Positions 8,589 to 17,621 of a stretch of DNA of 64,000 nucleotides are shown piece after piece. This DNA is from a virus. Each line of letters opens with the position of its first letter. The first letter of the stretch is position 1. The notes beneath the pieces were generated by a model. That model was given only the letters and a program-made list of their open reading frames with translations. It searched no databases and was not told where the DNA came from. The stretch lies in IMG/VR virus record IMGVR_UViG_3300032246_001180, positions 104,243-168,242 of that record. One strand, given 5' to 3'. Position numbers and translations under genes: made by a program.

Positions 8589-8890
8589 TGTCAGCCGTTT
8601 ATGATTACACCGCAAAATTGTGTTCTGCATTAAAAACAAAATACAACAATGCTGGTTATAGTTGTATCTCTCACGATTTTATAATCGAAGAAGGCCGCAA
8701 GTATTACAAAATTATTGGTGTTGGTGAACATCAACGAAGTGTTCACGCTTTCGTTGATAAAAAAAATGGCGATTTGTATAAAGCCGCTTCTTGGGCTGCA
8801 CCCGCAAAAGGTGTTCGTTATAACTTGATGAACGATTTGGATAATGTCCTCGCCAAATGTGATTGGGCAGGTTCTTATCTGTACCGATAA
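8588..8890 (+). CDS. conserved phage hypothetical protein
   Basis: GRKYYKI...SVHAFVDK..GDLYKAASWAAPAKGVRYNL. Confidence 0.75.
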   Translation: MSAVYDYTAKLCSALKTKYNNAGYSCISHDFIIEEGRKYYKIIGVGEHQRSVHAFVDKKNGDLYKAASWAAPAKGVRYNLMNDLDNVLAKCDWAGSYLYR

Positions 8891-8902
8891 TTGGAGATGG
8901 AA

Positions 8903-9028
8903 ATGAAAAAACTATTAGTTGTATTTTTGATGTGTATTAGTTTGTGTGCGTGTTCAACCGTGTCTGGTGTTGGTAAAGATTTATCATCTGTTGCTGATTG
9001 GACAAAAGAAAAAATGGGTGGAAAATAA
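8903..9028 (+). CDS. entericidin EcnA/B-family lipoprotein
   Basis: MKKLLVVFLMCISLCAC-STVSGVGKDL: lipobox plus the C-x-T-V-x-G-x-G-K-D entericidin motif; missed by ORF track. Confidence 0.7.
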   Translation: MKKLLVVFLMCISLCACSTVSGVGKDLSSVADWTKEKMGGK

Positions 9029-9261
9029 TGAAAAAGATTTTTGTATTATTGCCAATTTTGGCCGTAATGGTCGGTTGTTCTAGTACGCCTACGATTAAGA
9101 ATTATGAAGGTCCAAAAGCCTTAGAACGTAATGCTGTAATTGAAGGTGCTCGTTCTTGTGTTAATACACGAATGAAACCACAAATTGTATATTTGCCACA
9201 AAAAACTGAATTTGGTTCTGTGTTGGTACCTGTGGATGTTCATTGTGAACCTTACAAATAA
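9028..9261 (+). CDS. lipoprotein
   Basis: MKKIFVLLPILAVMVGC lipobox. Confidence 0.7.
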   Translation: MKKIFVLLPILAVMVGCSSTPTIKNYEGPKALERNAVIEGARSCVNTRMKPQIVYLPQKTEFGSVLVPVDVHCEPYK

Positions 9262-9272
9262 TTGGTGAACAT

Positions 9273-9575
9273 ATGGAAATGTTCTATCAGTTTGGTTTAA
9301 CACAAAGAATACTGGAGGCCGCCATTATTTTTGGTGGTGCCGCTATATTGATTGCCGCTCTTTGGAGATATCTTATCCTTGGCGCAGGTGTCATTTTGGT
9401 TGTGTATATCTTTATGCACCACGAACCTCAATCTGCAAATGCAAAACCTATCGATGATATGGCAAAAATAGAAGCGCAGAAAAAAGAATTTATGGAAGAT
9501 TGTCTAAGTATAGCAATGAATGATAAATTTCAATGTGATGTGATTTGGCGTGAGCGTCAACAAGAAGAAAGGTAA
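9273..9575 (+). CDS. membrane protein
   Basis: two N-terminal hydrophobic helices. Confidence 0.65.
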   Translation: MEMFYQFGLTQRILEAAIIFGGAAILIAALWRYLILGAGVILVVYIFMHHEPQSANAKPIDDMAKIEAQKKEFMEDCLSIAMNDKFQCDVIWRERQQEER

Positions 9576-9580
9576 ATAAA

Positions 9581-9979
9581 ATGGCAATATGGAAAATTGA
9601 ACCTACATTTAAAAAGTCCATCAGGGACATTAATCATTGGCGTAATAGTGCAGGCCAATTAATTACCCACGAAACTGGTTGGCGTTGGGGTGAATTCTTT
9701 ATTGAAACTGAAGATGATAATCCGCCAGATTTGCCACTAGATGGTGGATTTGACATTATGGATTGTGGTTATGAAATGAGTGATTTCTCAACTGATGATG
9801 GTTGTTGGGAAGAATATGAATTTGATGGTTTCACCGAAGAAGAAGAAGAAGCTATGCAAGAATGGCTTGATGAAAATTCCGTGTTCGATTTAGAAGATGA
9901 ACGTGGTGAAGAAGGATGGTCCTGCGATGAAGCGGAAATGTTTATTGATTGCCCAATTACTATCGAGCGAGCAGATTAA
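9581..9979 (+). CDS. acidic hypothetical protein
   Basis: E.GWRWG motif; very D/E-rich. Confidence 0.65.
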   Translation: MAIWKIEPTFKKSIRDINHWRNSAGQLITHETGWRWGEFFIETEDDNPPDLPLDGGFDIMDCGYEMSDFSTDDGCWEEYEFDGFTEEEEEAMQEWLDENSVFDLEDERGEEGWSCDEAEMFIDCPITIERAD

Positions 9980-10212
9980 TGGATGATGATAAATTCTTAA
10001 AATTGGTAGAAAAAACAGATATGTTTTTGGCCGAGATTGGCACCGAATTCTCATTAGATGCTCTTAGTATGTCTGCTGTCGTGATGGCTAGACTAACATG
10101 GGTAAACAAAGAAGTTGGCTCTGTTGAGCAGTATTCAAAACTTATATCCAGTATACAAGAAAAAATTGAAAGTGGAGTTTTGGATTTAGAAAAAGATGTA
10201 AAAATTCATTAG
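9979..10212 (+). CDS. hypothetical protein
   Basis: TAATG coupling. Confidence 0.55.
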   Translation: MDDDKFLKLVEKTDMFLAEIGTEFSLDALSMSAVVMARLTWVNKEVGSVEQYSKLISSIQEKIESGVLDLEKDVKIH

Positions 10213-10272
10213 TGTTGTTTTTATATAACAACCAAAAATAATGCTTGACTTATATCTTGGTTGTGATATAAT
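10213..10272 (+). promoter_or_regulatory. early sigma70-type promoter with (degenerate as printed) palindrome
   Basis: TGTTG...ACAAC upstream, TTGACT-N16-TATAAT; the sequence line here prints one base short, so the right half-site is uncertain. Confidence 0.7.
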
Positions 10273-10295
10273 ATTTTTTTAAACATGGAGTTATT

Positions 10296-11225
10296 ATGCG
10301 TATCGCTCTCGCATCGGATATTCATTTGGAATTTGCCGATATCAATCTACAAAATACCGACAACGCTGATGTATTGATTCTTAGCGGAGATATCTGTGTG
10401 GCTCGGGACATTGGTAGACCTGACCCAAACAATTTTATGGAAGGTGCGAAAAGTAATCGTATTACCGATTTCTTCAAGCGTTGTTCGTTTCAATTTCCTC
10501 ATGTTGTGTATATCATGGGTAACCATGAACACTATCATGGTGATTTTGCTACAAGTGGAAATAAAATTCGTTCAATGTTGGAATCTAATATGTTGAGCAA
10601 TGTGTATTTGCTTGACAAAGAATCTAAGACGATTGGTGATGTTACCTTTATTGGTGGTACTCTTTGGACTGATATGAACAAGGAAGATCCAATTACATTG
10701 CTGCACATGAGAGGCATGATGAATGATTTCCGTTGTGTTGAAAATGGTAATCGTGTTGTTAACTATAAAGCACCAATCTATAAAAAAGATGCTGATGGTA
10801 AATACATCATGCAAAAGATTGGTGAAATCAATTCTATGGTTGAAGATGGTTTTGAATTCAAAACCCGTGTTGCAACATTTTCACCAGTTGATGCGGTTGA
10901 AGATTTTAAAAAGATGGTTGATTATATTCGAATTATAGTTGAAGGTAAATTTGACCAGAAGTTTGTTGTAGTTGGTCATCATGCGCCAAGTAAATCTTCT
11001 ACTCATCCACGTTATGCGAAGGAAGAAATTATGAATGGTGGTTACAGTTCTGATTTGAATTCTTTCATTATGGAACGACCTCAAATCAAATTGTGGACTC
11101 ACGGTCATACACACGAAGATTTTGATTATATGATTGGTACTACCCGTGTCGTTTGTAATCCCCGTGGTTACGATGGTTACGAAGATAGAGCCGATAGATT
11201 TCAATTGAAGTTTATGGAGGTATGA
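10296..11225 (+). CDS. calcineurin-like metallophosphoesterase
   Basis: SDIH, GD, GNHEHY, HHAP, HGHTH motifs. Confidence 0.9.
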   Translation: MRIALASDIHLEFADINLQNTDNADVLILSGDICVARDIGRPDPNNFMEGAKSNRITDFFKRCSFQFPHVVYIMGNHEHYHGDFATSGNKIRSMLESNMLSNVYLLDKESKTIGDVTFIGGTLWTDMNKEDPITLLHMRGMMNDFRCVENGNRVVNYKAPIYKKDADGKYIMQKIGEINSMVEDGFEFKTRVATFSPVDAVEDFKKMVDYIRIIVEGKFDQKFVVVGHHAPSKSSTHPRYAKEEIMNGGYSSDLNSFIMERPQIKLWTHGHTHEDFDYMIGTTRVVCNPRGYDGYEDRADRFQLKFMEV

Positions 11226-11422
11226 TGATTTCTTTGAATCGTAAACAAGCAGAAAAGTTTGTTAAATTGGTAGACCACTTTAAAGATGTAGAGTGGTTTA
11301 CCATCGAAGAAGTCAAAGACAACGGAATTGGACCTGTAGTACAGGTTCGGTTCAATCTCTTTGGTGATAATGATAAAGATGATGATGTTAAGGTTGATAT
11401 AACGGACGTTTCGACATGGTAG
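11222..11422 (+). CDS. hypothetical protein
   Basis: GIG..V...DITDVSTW; GGAGG SD. Confidence 0.6.
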   Translation: MMISLNRKQAEKFVKLVDHFKDVEWFTIEEVKDNGIGPVVQVRFNLFGDNDKDDDVKVDITDVSTW

Positions 11423-12021
11423 ATGACCAATCTTTTATTGCATTAGATTTGGAGTTAAACAATGCTCCGGATCATTCTACGCCCAACCCGAAGATTATTC
11501 AGGTTGGTATTGCCATTGGTGATTACCAAATGTATAAATCAAATACTTTGATATCTCACCATTGGTATTTGAATCCAAACGAACCAATCTATCCTTTCAT
11601 TACTGAATTGACAGGTATCACCGATGAAGATGTTACGACCAAATCTGTAACACATGAAGTTTTGCTTACACAATTGACTGGATTTATTCACAAGTACAAA
11701 CCTTTTCTAAATCCTGTAACATGGGGTGGTGGTGATTCTACAGAACTGAAACAAGAATATATTGATAGACAAATTCCTTTTCCGCTTTTTGGTCGCCGTT
11801 GGATTGATGTAAAGACTTGGTATGTTTTGCATATGTTGACGAAAGGTAAAAGACCATCAGGCGGCTTGCGTTCCGCTATGGGAGAGTTTAAAATGAAATT
11901 CGAAGGCACACCGCACCGTGCTGACGATGATGCGTTAAATACTTTGCGGTTGTTTTTTAAAATTATGGAACAACAAAGAAAAATGTATGATATGATGGAG
12001 TTAGCTAAAGATGCGAGTTAA
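11416..12021 (+). CDS. DEDDh 3'-5' exonuclease
   Basis: ALDLE, IIQVG, ELTGIT, WG..D, HRADDDA. Confidence 0.9.
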   Translation: MVDDQSFIALDLELNNAPDHSTPNPKIIQVGIAIGDYQMYKSNTLISHHWYLNPNEPIYPFITELTGITDEDVTTKSVTHEVLLTQLTGFIHKYKPFLNPVTWGGGDSTELKQEYIDRQIPFPLFGRRWIDVKTWYVLHMLTKGKRPSGGLRSAMGEFKMKFEGTPHRADDDALNTLRLFFKIMEQQRKMYDMMELAKDAS

Positions 12022-12211
12022 TGAATACTATGTGTTATCAGATTGTGTTGAACGTGGTGTTCAATTTGGTATGAGTCGTGCTTACAAACATACCGATTTT
12101 CCTACAGAAGAACAAATTAAAATCGCTTTAGTTGATGCTGTTTTATTAGAAATTAGTGAATACTTTAATTTTGATGATGCACAAACTATAGAGATTGATA
12201 AACAATCATGA
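12011..12211 (+). CDS. hypothetical protein
   Basis: RAYKHTD.P motif, coupled. Confidence 0.6.
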   Translation: MRVNEYYVLSDCVERGVQFGMSRAYKHTDFPTEEQIKIALVDAVLLEISEYFNFDDAQTIEIDKQS

Positions 12212-13044
12212 AAAAGATTTTAGTTACTGGTAGTAGTGGATACATCGGACAACATCTTTGCAAATTGTTGAAACAAACAGGTGAATATGAAATTCACGGT
12301 ATGGATATTGTTTTTAATAATAAAAACCTTGATGTGTTTACAAAACAAAATGTTATGCAATATTCCAGAGGATTTGAAATAACAATACACAAGTATGATG
12401 CAGTTGTTCATTTGGCTGCATTGGTGCGAGTCAACGAAAGTGTGGAGAAACCTGATTATTATTATAGAAACAATTTGTTTGGTACAATGAATGTACTTCA
12501 ACAAATTAAGTATGACAATTTTATTTTTGCTTCAACGGGTGCAGCATCCAATCCTACAAGTCCTTATGGTTTGTCAAAACGGTGTGCTGAAGATGTTGTC
12601 AAAGAATACTGTAAGAAAAACAATAAACAATTTACTATGTTTCGATTCTATAATGTGATTGGTTCTGATGGTATTCCTCCAACTAATCCTGATGGGTTGT
12701 TTTACAATTTAATCAATGCAGAAAAAACTGGAGAGTTCAACCTGTATGGTGATGACTACAACACACCCGATGGTTCACCTGTTCGTGATTATGTTCATGT
12801 GATGGAAATTTGTCATGCGATTAAAACTGCAATTGAGTTGCCCGCTAATCGCTTAGAGAATCTTGGTCATGGCCACGGGTATTCAGTCAAAGAAATTATT
12901 GATATTTACAAAGATGTAAACAAGTGTAATTTCAAAGTTAATATTTTGCCACGCCGTGAAGGTGATTTAGAGAAAACTGTCCTAGATAAACCTTCTAGTT
13001 ATTTAAAGTCCATGTATATTATTGAGGAGTTATTGAAAAAATGA
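12208..13044 (+). CDS. NAD-dependent epimerase/dehydratase (GalE-like)
   Basis: TGSSGYIG, HLAA, YGLSK, RFYNV, RDYVHV. Confidence 0.9.
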   Translation: MKKILVTGSSGYIGQHLCKLLKQTGEYEIHGMDIVFNNKNLDVFTKQNVMQYSRGFEITIHKYDAVVHLAALVRVNESVEKPDYYYRNNLFGTMNVLQQIKYDNFIFASTGAASNPTSPYGLSKRCAEDVVKEYCKKNNKQFTMFRFYNVIGSDGIPPTNPDGLFYNLINAEKTGEFNLYGDDYNTPDGSPVRDYVHVMEICHAIKTAIELPANRLENLGHGHGYSVKEIIDIYKDVNKCNFKVNILPRREGDLEKTVLDKPSSYLKSMYIIEELLKK

Positions 13045-13190
13045 AAGAAGGATTTACTGATATTACACTCAACCTAGATACTGATGTGTTGTTTGAATTA
13101 ATGTTTATGGCACATGAAAGAGATATTACATTGAACCAATTGGTCAATGAAGTTTTAAAAGCATATATTGAGGAGCATAAAAATGATTGA
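13041..13190 (+). CDS. ribbon-helix-helix-like small protein (49 aa)
   Basis: ITLNLDTDVLFELMFMAHERDITLNQLVNEVL; GAGGAG SD; missed by ORF track. Confidence 0.6.
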   Translation: MKEGFTDITLNLDTDVLFELMFMAHERDITLNQLVNEVLKAYIEEHKND

Positions 13191-13698
13191 TGATGATGAT
13201 TATGATTACAACCGTTATGAAATGGTTCTCAAACAACTTCTTGGTGCTATGTGGCGTGATGAAGAAAATTTGGAAAGAGGTGAAAATATCTCCGATATTC
13301 CAGAAGTTAAAATTATGTTTGAATCTTACGCTGACAAAGAACTTGAAGATGACGATGGTAATTATGTTGAAACTATTGAGAATGGTGATACCAATCAAGA
13401 ATGTTATTGCATATTCATTCACAAAGATTCTGGTCAAGAAGGTTTTGAATTCCCCGAACATGATTCATATGCATTTACTTTTGGTAGTTTGATTCAACAT
13501 CGACCTGCTGAAGAAGTGTGTATCTATGCATGGTATGATGTTAAAGAAGATGATTGGTCTATCAATTCATTAGAAGAAACATCGGAACACGAAATGACCA
13601 ATAAACAGGTTATGGATATTTTAGAAACACTTTATAGTAGATATTATAAATCTACTGAAAACGATACAACATGGGATAATTGGAAGGCGATGAAATGA
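13183..13698 (+). CDS. acidic hypothetical protein
   Basis: GAGGAG SD, coupled. Confidence 0.6.
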   Translation: MIDDDDYDYNRYEMVLKQLLGAMWRDEENLERGENISDIPEVKIMFESYADKELEDDDGNYVETIENGDTNQECYCIFIHKDSGQEGFEFPEHDSYAFTFGSLIQHRPAEEVCIYAWYDVKEDDWSINSLEETSEHEMTNKQVMDILETLYSRYYKSTENDTTWDNWKAMK

Positions 13699-14642
13699 AA
13701 TTGAAATTAATTATTGCAACTATGGCTCTGATAACATCTACAGCATTTGCTCAAGAGTGGCCACAAAAAACGGTTAAGGTTGTTGTACCTTTGGGTGCTG
13801 GCAGTTCTTTGGATATTATTACTAGAATTGTTTTTGAACAAGTTTCTAAACAAACAGGAAAACCTTTTGTAATAGAAAATAAACCAGGCGCTAGTGGTAC
13901 GATTGCCGCTTCTGGTTTTGTAAAATCTGCGCCTGATGGCCACACTCTTTTTGTGAACACATGGACACAAACAATATTACCATCAGCATTTAAAAATTTA
14001 AGTTATAGTGTTGAAAATGATTTCACAAACATAACTGGACTCATTACACAGCCTTTTGTTTTTACGACCAAATCTAAATGGAAAAATTTCAATGACATGG
14101 TAAAGTATGGTCGAGAAAATCCAGAAAAACTGGCATATGCAACGGCAGGAAAAGGTAGTGGCGGACACTTTTGTATGGAAAAGTTTGCACAACAAGCGAA
14201 TCTCAAAATGCTCGATGTACCATATAAGTCAACAACAGAACCTCTTATGAATATTATGAGTGGTGATATCGATACGTTTTGTAATACATTAACCCAAGCT
14301 ATTCCGTTAGAAAAAGACAATCGTATCGTTTTAAGTGCTGTACTTGATTCTAAACGTTCACCGCTTTTACCAAATGTACCAACATTAAAAGAATTGGGTT
14401 ACGATGTAAATCTTCATTATTGGATTGGAGTTTTTGGTCCTGCAAAAATGGATGAAGCATTAGTTAATAAAATAAACAAAGAGATTCAATTGGCCATGGA
14501 AAACACCACAGTTAAAGGTAGGATTTGGGTTACAGGTTCCACACCTTTAACTATGACACCAAAACAATTTGATTCTTTTGTTCATAAACAAATTAAAGAA
14601 AATGCAGGGATTGTAACCCGTTCTAAAATAACAATGGAGTAA
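13695..14642 (+). CDS. Bug/TctC tripartite tricarboxylate transporter substrate-binding protein
   Basis: signal peptide, WP.K.V.VVVP..AG...D..R, ENKPGASG, PDGHTL, RSPLLPNVPT. Confidence 0.92.
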   Translation: MKLKLIIATMALITSTAFAQEWPQKTVKVVVPLGAGSSLDIITRIVFEQVSKQTGKPFVIENKPGASGTIAASGFVKSAPDGHTLFVNTWTQTILPSAFKNLSYSVENDFTNITGLITQPFVFTTKSKWKNFNDMVKYGRENPEKLAYATAGKGSGGHFCMEKFAQQANLKMLDVPYKSTTEPLMNIMSGDIDTFCNTLTQAIPLEKDNRIVLSAVLDSKRSPLLPNVPTLKELGYDVNLHYWIGVFGPAKMDEALVNKINKEIQLAMENTTVKGRIWVTGSTPLTMTPKQFDSFVHKQIKENAGIVTRSKITME

Positions 14643-14650
14643 TTATGAAA
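14609..14650 (+). repeat. 42-bp exact direct repeat, copy 1 (copy 2 at 15565-15606)
   Basis: GATTGTAACCCGTTCTAAAATAACAATGGAGTAATTATGAAA at the 3' end of both Bug genes. Confidence 0.9.
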
Positions 14651-15598
14651 TTGAAATTAATTATTGCAGCAATGGTTATGGTAACATCTACATCATTTGC
14701 TCAAGAATGGCCACAAAAACAGGTAAAAGTTATCATTGCTGGAACTCCAGGCAGTGTTTTAGATAATATCTCTAGAACCGTTTTTGAACAAGTATCAAAA
14801 CAAACAGGTAAAGCATTTACAATGGAAAATAAAGCTGGTGCTGGCGGCACCATTGCTTCAACAATTGTTGCTAAATCTTTATCTGATGGCCATACATTAC
14901 TTGTCAATACTATTACACATACTGTTGTTCCTTCAGCATATAAAAATTTGCCTTATAATGTAGAAGAAGATTTTACAAATATATCTGGACTAATTTCTCA
15001 ACCTTTTGCTGTTGCGACAAGTTTAAAATGGAAAACTGTAGGTGAAATTGTAAAATATGGAAAAGAAAATCCTGGTAAATTGAATTATGGAACACCAGGA
15101 GTAGGAAGTTCAGGCCATCTTTTTATGGAAAAATTTTCACATTCAGCAAACTTTAAAATGGAAAATATTCCTTTTCGTGGTTCTCCTGAAGCTATGATTG
15201 AATTAGCAGCTGGAAGAATAGATATCTTTCCGGCACCTGTCAGTCAAGCATTACCTTTTCAAAAAGATGGACGTGTTAATATTGTTGCTGTAACATCACC
15301 GAAACGTTCAGTAAATTTACCAGATGTACCCACAATGTCCGAATCAGGTGTTTTGGGTGCTACATATCTATATTGGATCGGTGTGTTTGGTCCATCTAAA
15401 ATGGATACGAAGCAAACCTCAATCATTAATTCGGAGATACAGCGTGCTCTATCCTCACCTGAAGTTAAATTGAAATTAAATGATTTAGGTATAACAGAAA
15501 CATTTAAAATGACTTCAAACGAATTCGATAATTTTGTTAGAAGTGAAATTAAACACAACGCAGAGATTGTAACCCGTTCTAAAATAACAATGGAGTAA
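14645..15598 (+). CDS. Bug/TctC substrate-binding protein, paralogue 2
   Basis: same motifs: ENKAGAGG, DGHTL, NYGTPGVGSSGHL, PFRG. Confidence 0.92.
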   Translation: MKLKLIIAAMVMVTSTSFAQEWPQKQVKVIIAGTPGSVLDNISRTVFEQVSKQTGKAFTMENKAGAGGTIASTIVAKSLSDGHTLLVNTITHTVVPSAYKNLPYNVEEDFTNISGLISQPFAVATSLKWKTVGEIVKYGKENPGKLNYGTPGVGSSGHLFMEKFSHSANFKMENIPFRGSPEAMIELAAGRIDIFPAPVSQALPFQKDGRVNIVAVTSPKRSVNLPDVPTMSESGVLGATYLYWIGVFGPSKMDTKQTSIINSEIQRALSSPEVKLKLNDLGITETFKMTSNEFDNFVRSEIKHNAEIVTRSKITME

Positions 15599-15600
15599 TT

Positions 15601-16227
15601 ATGAAAGTATACATGAATGGATATCCAGATAACTGGTTATCACCTTATACAATCTTGGAGAAGGTTTTCTTTTGGCGTGAGATTGATTATGATGAACCAC
15701 TTATTGATAAATGGTCAAGCCGCCTAACGCCTTTCTGTAATGCATTGCAAAAGGTTCGTAGTTTTTTCAATCCTACAATTCGTTATGTGAAGATTGACCG
15801 TTACGATACATGGTCGATGGATCATACCTTGGCTCATATCATTCACCCAATGCTTATTCAGTTGAAGAAAGATAAGCATGGCGCCCCATTTGTTGATGAT
15901 GAAGATGTGCCTGATGAAATTAAATCTATCAATGCACCACCTAAAAAAGAAGAATACGATACCGATGCATTTCATTTCGACCGTTGGGATTGGGTTATGG
16001 ATCAGATGATTTGGTCTTTTGAACAAGAACTCAGAGATGATGATGAACATCAATTTTTTGACCATTCAGAATATGATGATGTAGACAATCATAAACAATG
16101 GTTCAAAGATTTATCAGAAGGTAAATCCAAAACCAAAGTTGATTGGGATGGTCTTAAAGCACACCAAGCAAAAAAACAAAATGGATTCAGACTGTTTGGT
16201 AAATATTATCAAGCACTTTGGGATTAA
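15601..16227 (+). CDS. conserved T4-like hypothetical protein
   Basis: VKID.YDTWSMDHTLA...GFRLFGKYY..LWD. Confidence 0.75.
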   Translation: MKVYMNGYPDNWLSPYTILEKVFFWREIDYDEPLIDKWSSRLTPFCNALQKVRSFFNPTIRYVKIDRYDTWSMDHTLAHIIHPMLIQLKKDKHGAPFVDDEDVPDEIKSINAPPKKEEYDTDAFHFDRWDWVMDQMIWSFEQELRDDDEHQFFDHSEYDDVDNHKQWFKDLSEGKSKTKVDWDGLKAHQAKKQNGFRLFGKYYQALWD

Positions 16228-16229
16228 TC

Positions 16230-16466
16230 ATGTTCTCTTACTACTACTATTGGCAATCAATCAAACGTTTCAAACTATCGGAGGAAACTCTCCGTATGAT
16301 GGCACCTGATGTACCGCCAATGCTAGAAGCACAACACGAAATGATTCAGCGTGAAATGGAATATTACCGAAATGAATCTAACAAGTTTACCATTATATGG
16401 TTGATTTTTGTAATCGGTGCCTGTATAATGGGTACTCTATATGTGAAAGGACTGATTCATGTTTGA
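16230..16466 (+). CDS. membrane-anchored hypothetical protein
   Basis: C-terminal TM helix. Confidence 0.55.
   Translation: MFSYYYYWQSIKRFKLSEETLRMMAPDVPPMLEAQHEMIQREMEYYRNESNKFTIIWLIFVIGACIMGTLYVKGLIHV
16401..16429 (+). promoter_or_regulatory. intragenic sigma70-type promoter
   Basis: TTGATT-N17-TATAAT, with CCTGTATAATGG shared with promoters at 3312 and 4433. Confidence 0.5.
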
Positions 16467-16725
16467 TAAACTCTATGTATGGATAGGTAAACATCTAATT
16501 GCTTTGTTTGTAACGGCATTGGTTATTACTCTGACAATGACTGTTGTTAATTTGATTGATGTGGTTCGTAAACCTGCATCTATCAATGTTGCTGAAGGTA
16601 GTATTCAACATCGTTTGGTCTGGTCAACTAAAGGCGAATGTTTCTTTGTTCGACCATATTCAAATGAAACTGTATATTTAATTCGTGTGCAAGATTGTGA
16701 TAAAACTGAGAAAGTTGGTAAATGA
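16459..16725 (+). CDS. membrane-anchored hypothetical protein
   Basis: N-terminal TM, Cys pair. Confidence 0.6.
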   Translation: MFDKLYVWIGKHLIALFVTALVITLTMTVVNLIDVVRKPASINVAEGSIQHRLVWSTKGECFFVRPYSNETVYLIRVQDCDKTEKVGK

Positions 16726-16898
16726 AACCTAATAAAGATTTTAAATTGAGCAAAACTACTAAACGTATGTTAGCTAATTTTACGGACAAAAATCAACGTG
16801 GAGAATGGAAACGCTTGATGATTAGTGCAGAAATTGCTGAAAAGCAGGCTAGAATGGCCAAATTGACATTTAATAAATCCAACCAAGGAGATGAGTGA
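16722..16898 (+). CDS. small basic hypothetical protein
   Basis: MKPNKDFKLSKTTKRML...; coupled both ends. Confidence 0.55.
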   Translation: MKPNKDFKLSKTTKRMLANFTDKNQRGEWKRLMISAEIAEKQARMAKLTFNKSNQGDE

Positions 16899-17173
16899 TG
16901 AGTTTATTTGTAGAAGTGAATAGCATTGATAAACAATGTAAAGTTATTATTAACTTAGATGAGGTAGTTGAAATTGCCCCTTTAGTTGAAGGTGGTTGTG
17001 CCATTTTCTTTTCTGATGGTGCAGGCATGAACTCAAAAACTGCTATCAAAGTTAGTGATGATTATGATATTTTCAAACAGTTTGTTTTGCAAACCGTATC
17101 AACTGAAGATATTCAGAAAAAAGTTAAATCACTCAAAGCACAAGTACCTGCATACGAAATTCCTAAACTGTAA
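16898..17173 (+). CDS. hypothetical protein
   Basis: AAGGAG SD. Confidence 0.6.
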   Translation: MSLFVEVNSIDKQCKVIINLDEVVEIAPLVEGGCAIFFSDGAGMNSKTAIKVSDDYDIFKQFVLQTVSTEDIQKKVKSLKAQVPAYEIPKL

Positions 17174-17181
17174 CACATAAA

Positions 17182-17469
17182 ATGATCCATGATTTGTTCC
17201 GACCCACACTTGAATGGATAAAAGATGATTGGACTTCTAATCGCTTGCGTTTTGTTGTTGAGTTGTTTGCTTGGGCTATTAGCATCGGGTGTTCTATTAC
17301 TATGGCAACCACAGTCCCGAATCCTCCTTTACTCACGCTATATCCTATTTGGATTTCTGGCTGTGCTATGTATGCTTGGGCTGCTTATACTCGGAAATCT
17401 TTTGGGATGCTTGCTAACTACCTACTGTTAACAACTATTGATACTATTGGTTTAATTCGGATGTTATAA
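17182..17469 (+). CDS. three-TM membrane protein
   Basis: hydrophobic segments. Confidence 0.65.
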   Translation: MIHDLFRPTLEWIKDDWTSNRLRFVVELFAWAISIGCSITMATTVPNPPLLTLYPIWISGCAMYAWAAYTRKSFGMLANYLLLTTIDTIGLIRML

Positions 17470-17618
17470 TGTGGCGACTATGGGCAAAAGCACTTGGAGA
17501 AAAATATGGTAGAACGGATCGTGAGGCGGATAAAATCGCTATCATCAGAACAATTATCGTTGTATCTTATCTCATTACTAATTCTTTTATTATTGCTGGG
17601 GTTTTAAGGCATTGGTAA
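17469..17618 (+). CDS. small conserved T4-like membrane protein
   Basis: MWRLWAKALGEK...EAD.IA.IRT...IIAGV.RHW. Confidence 0.65.
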   Translation: MWRLWAKALGEKYGRTDREADKIAIIRTIIVVSYLITNSFIIAGVLRHW

Positions 17619-17621
17619 ACC

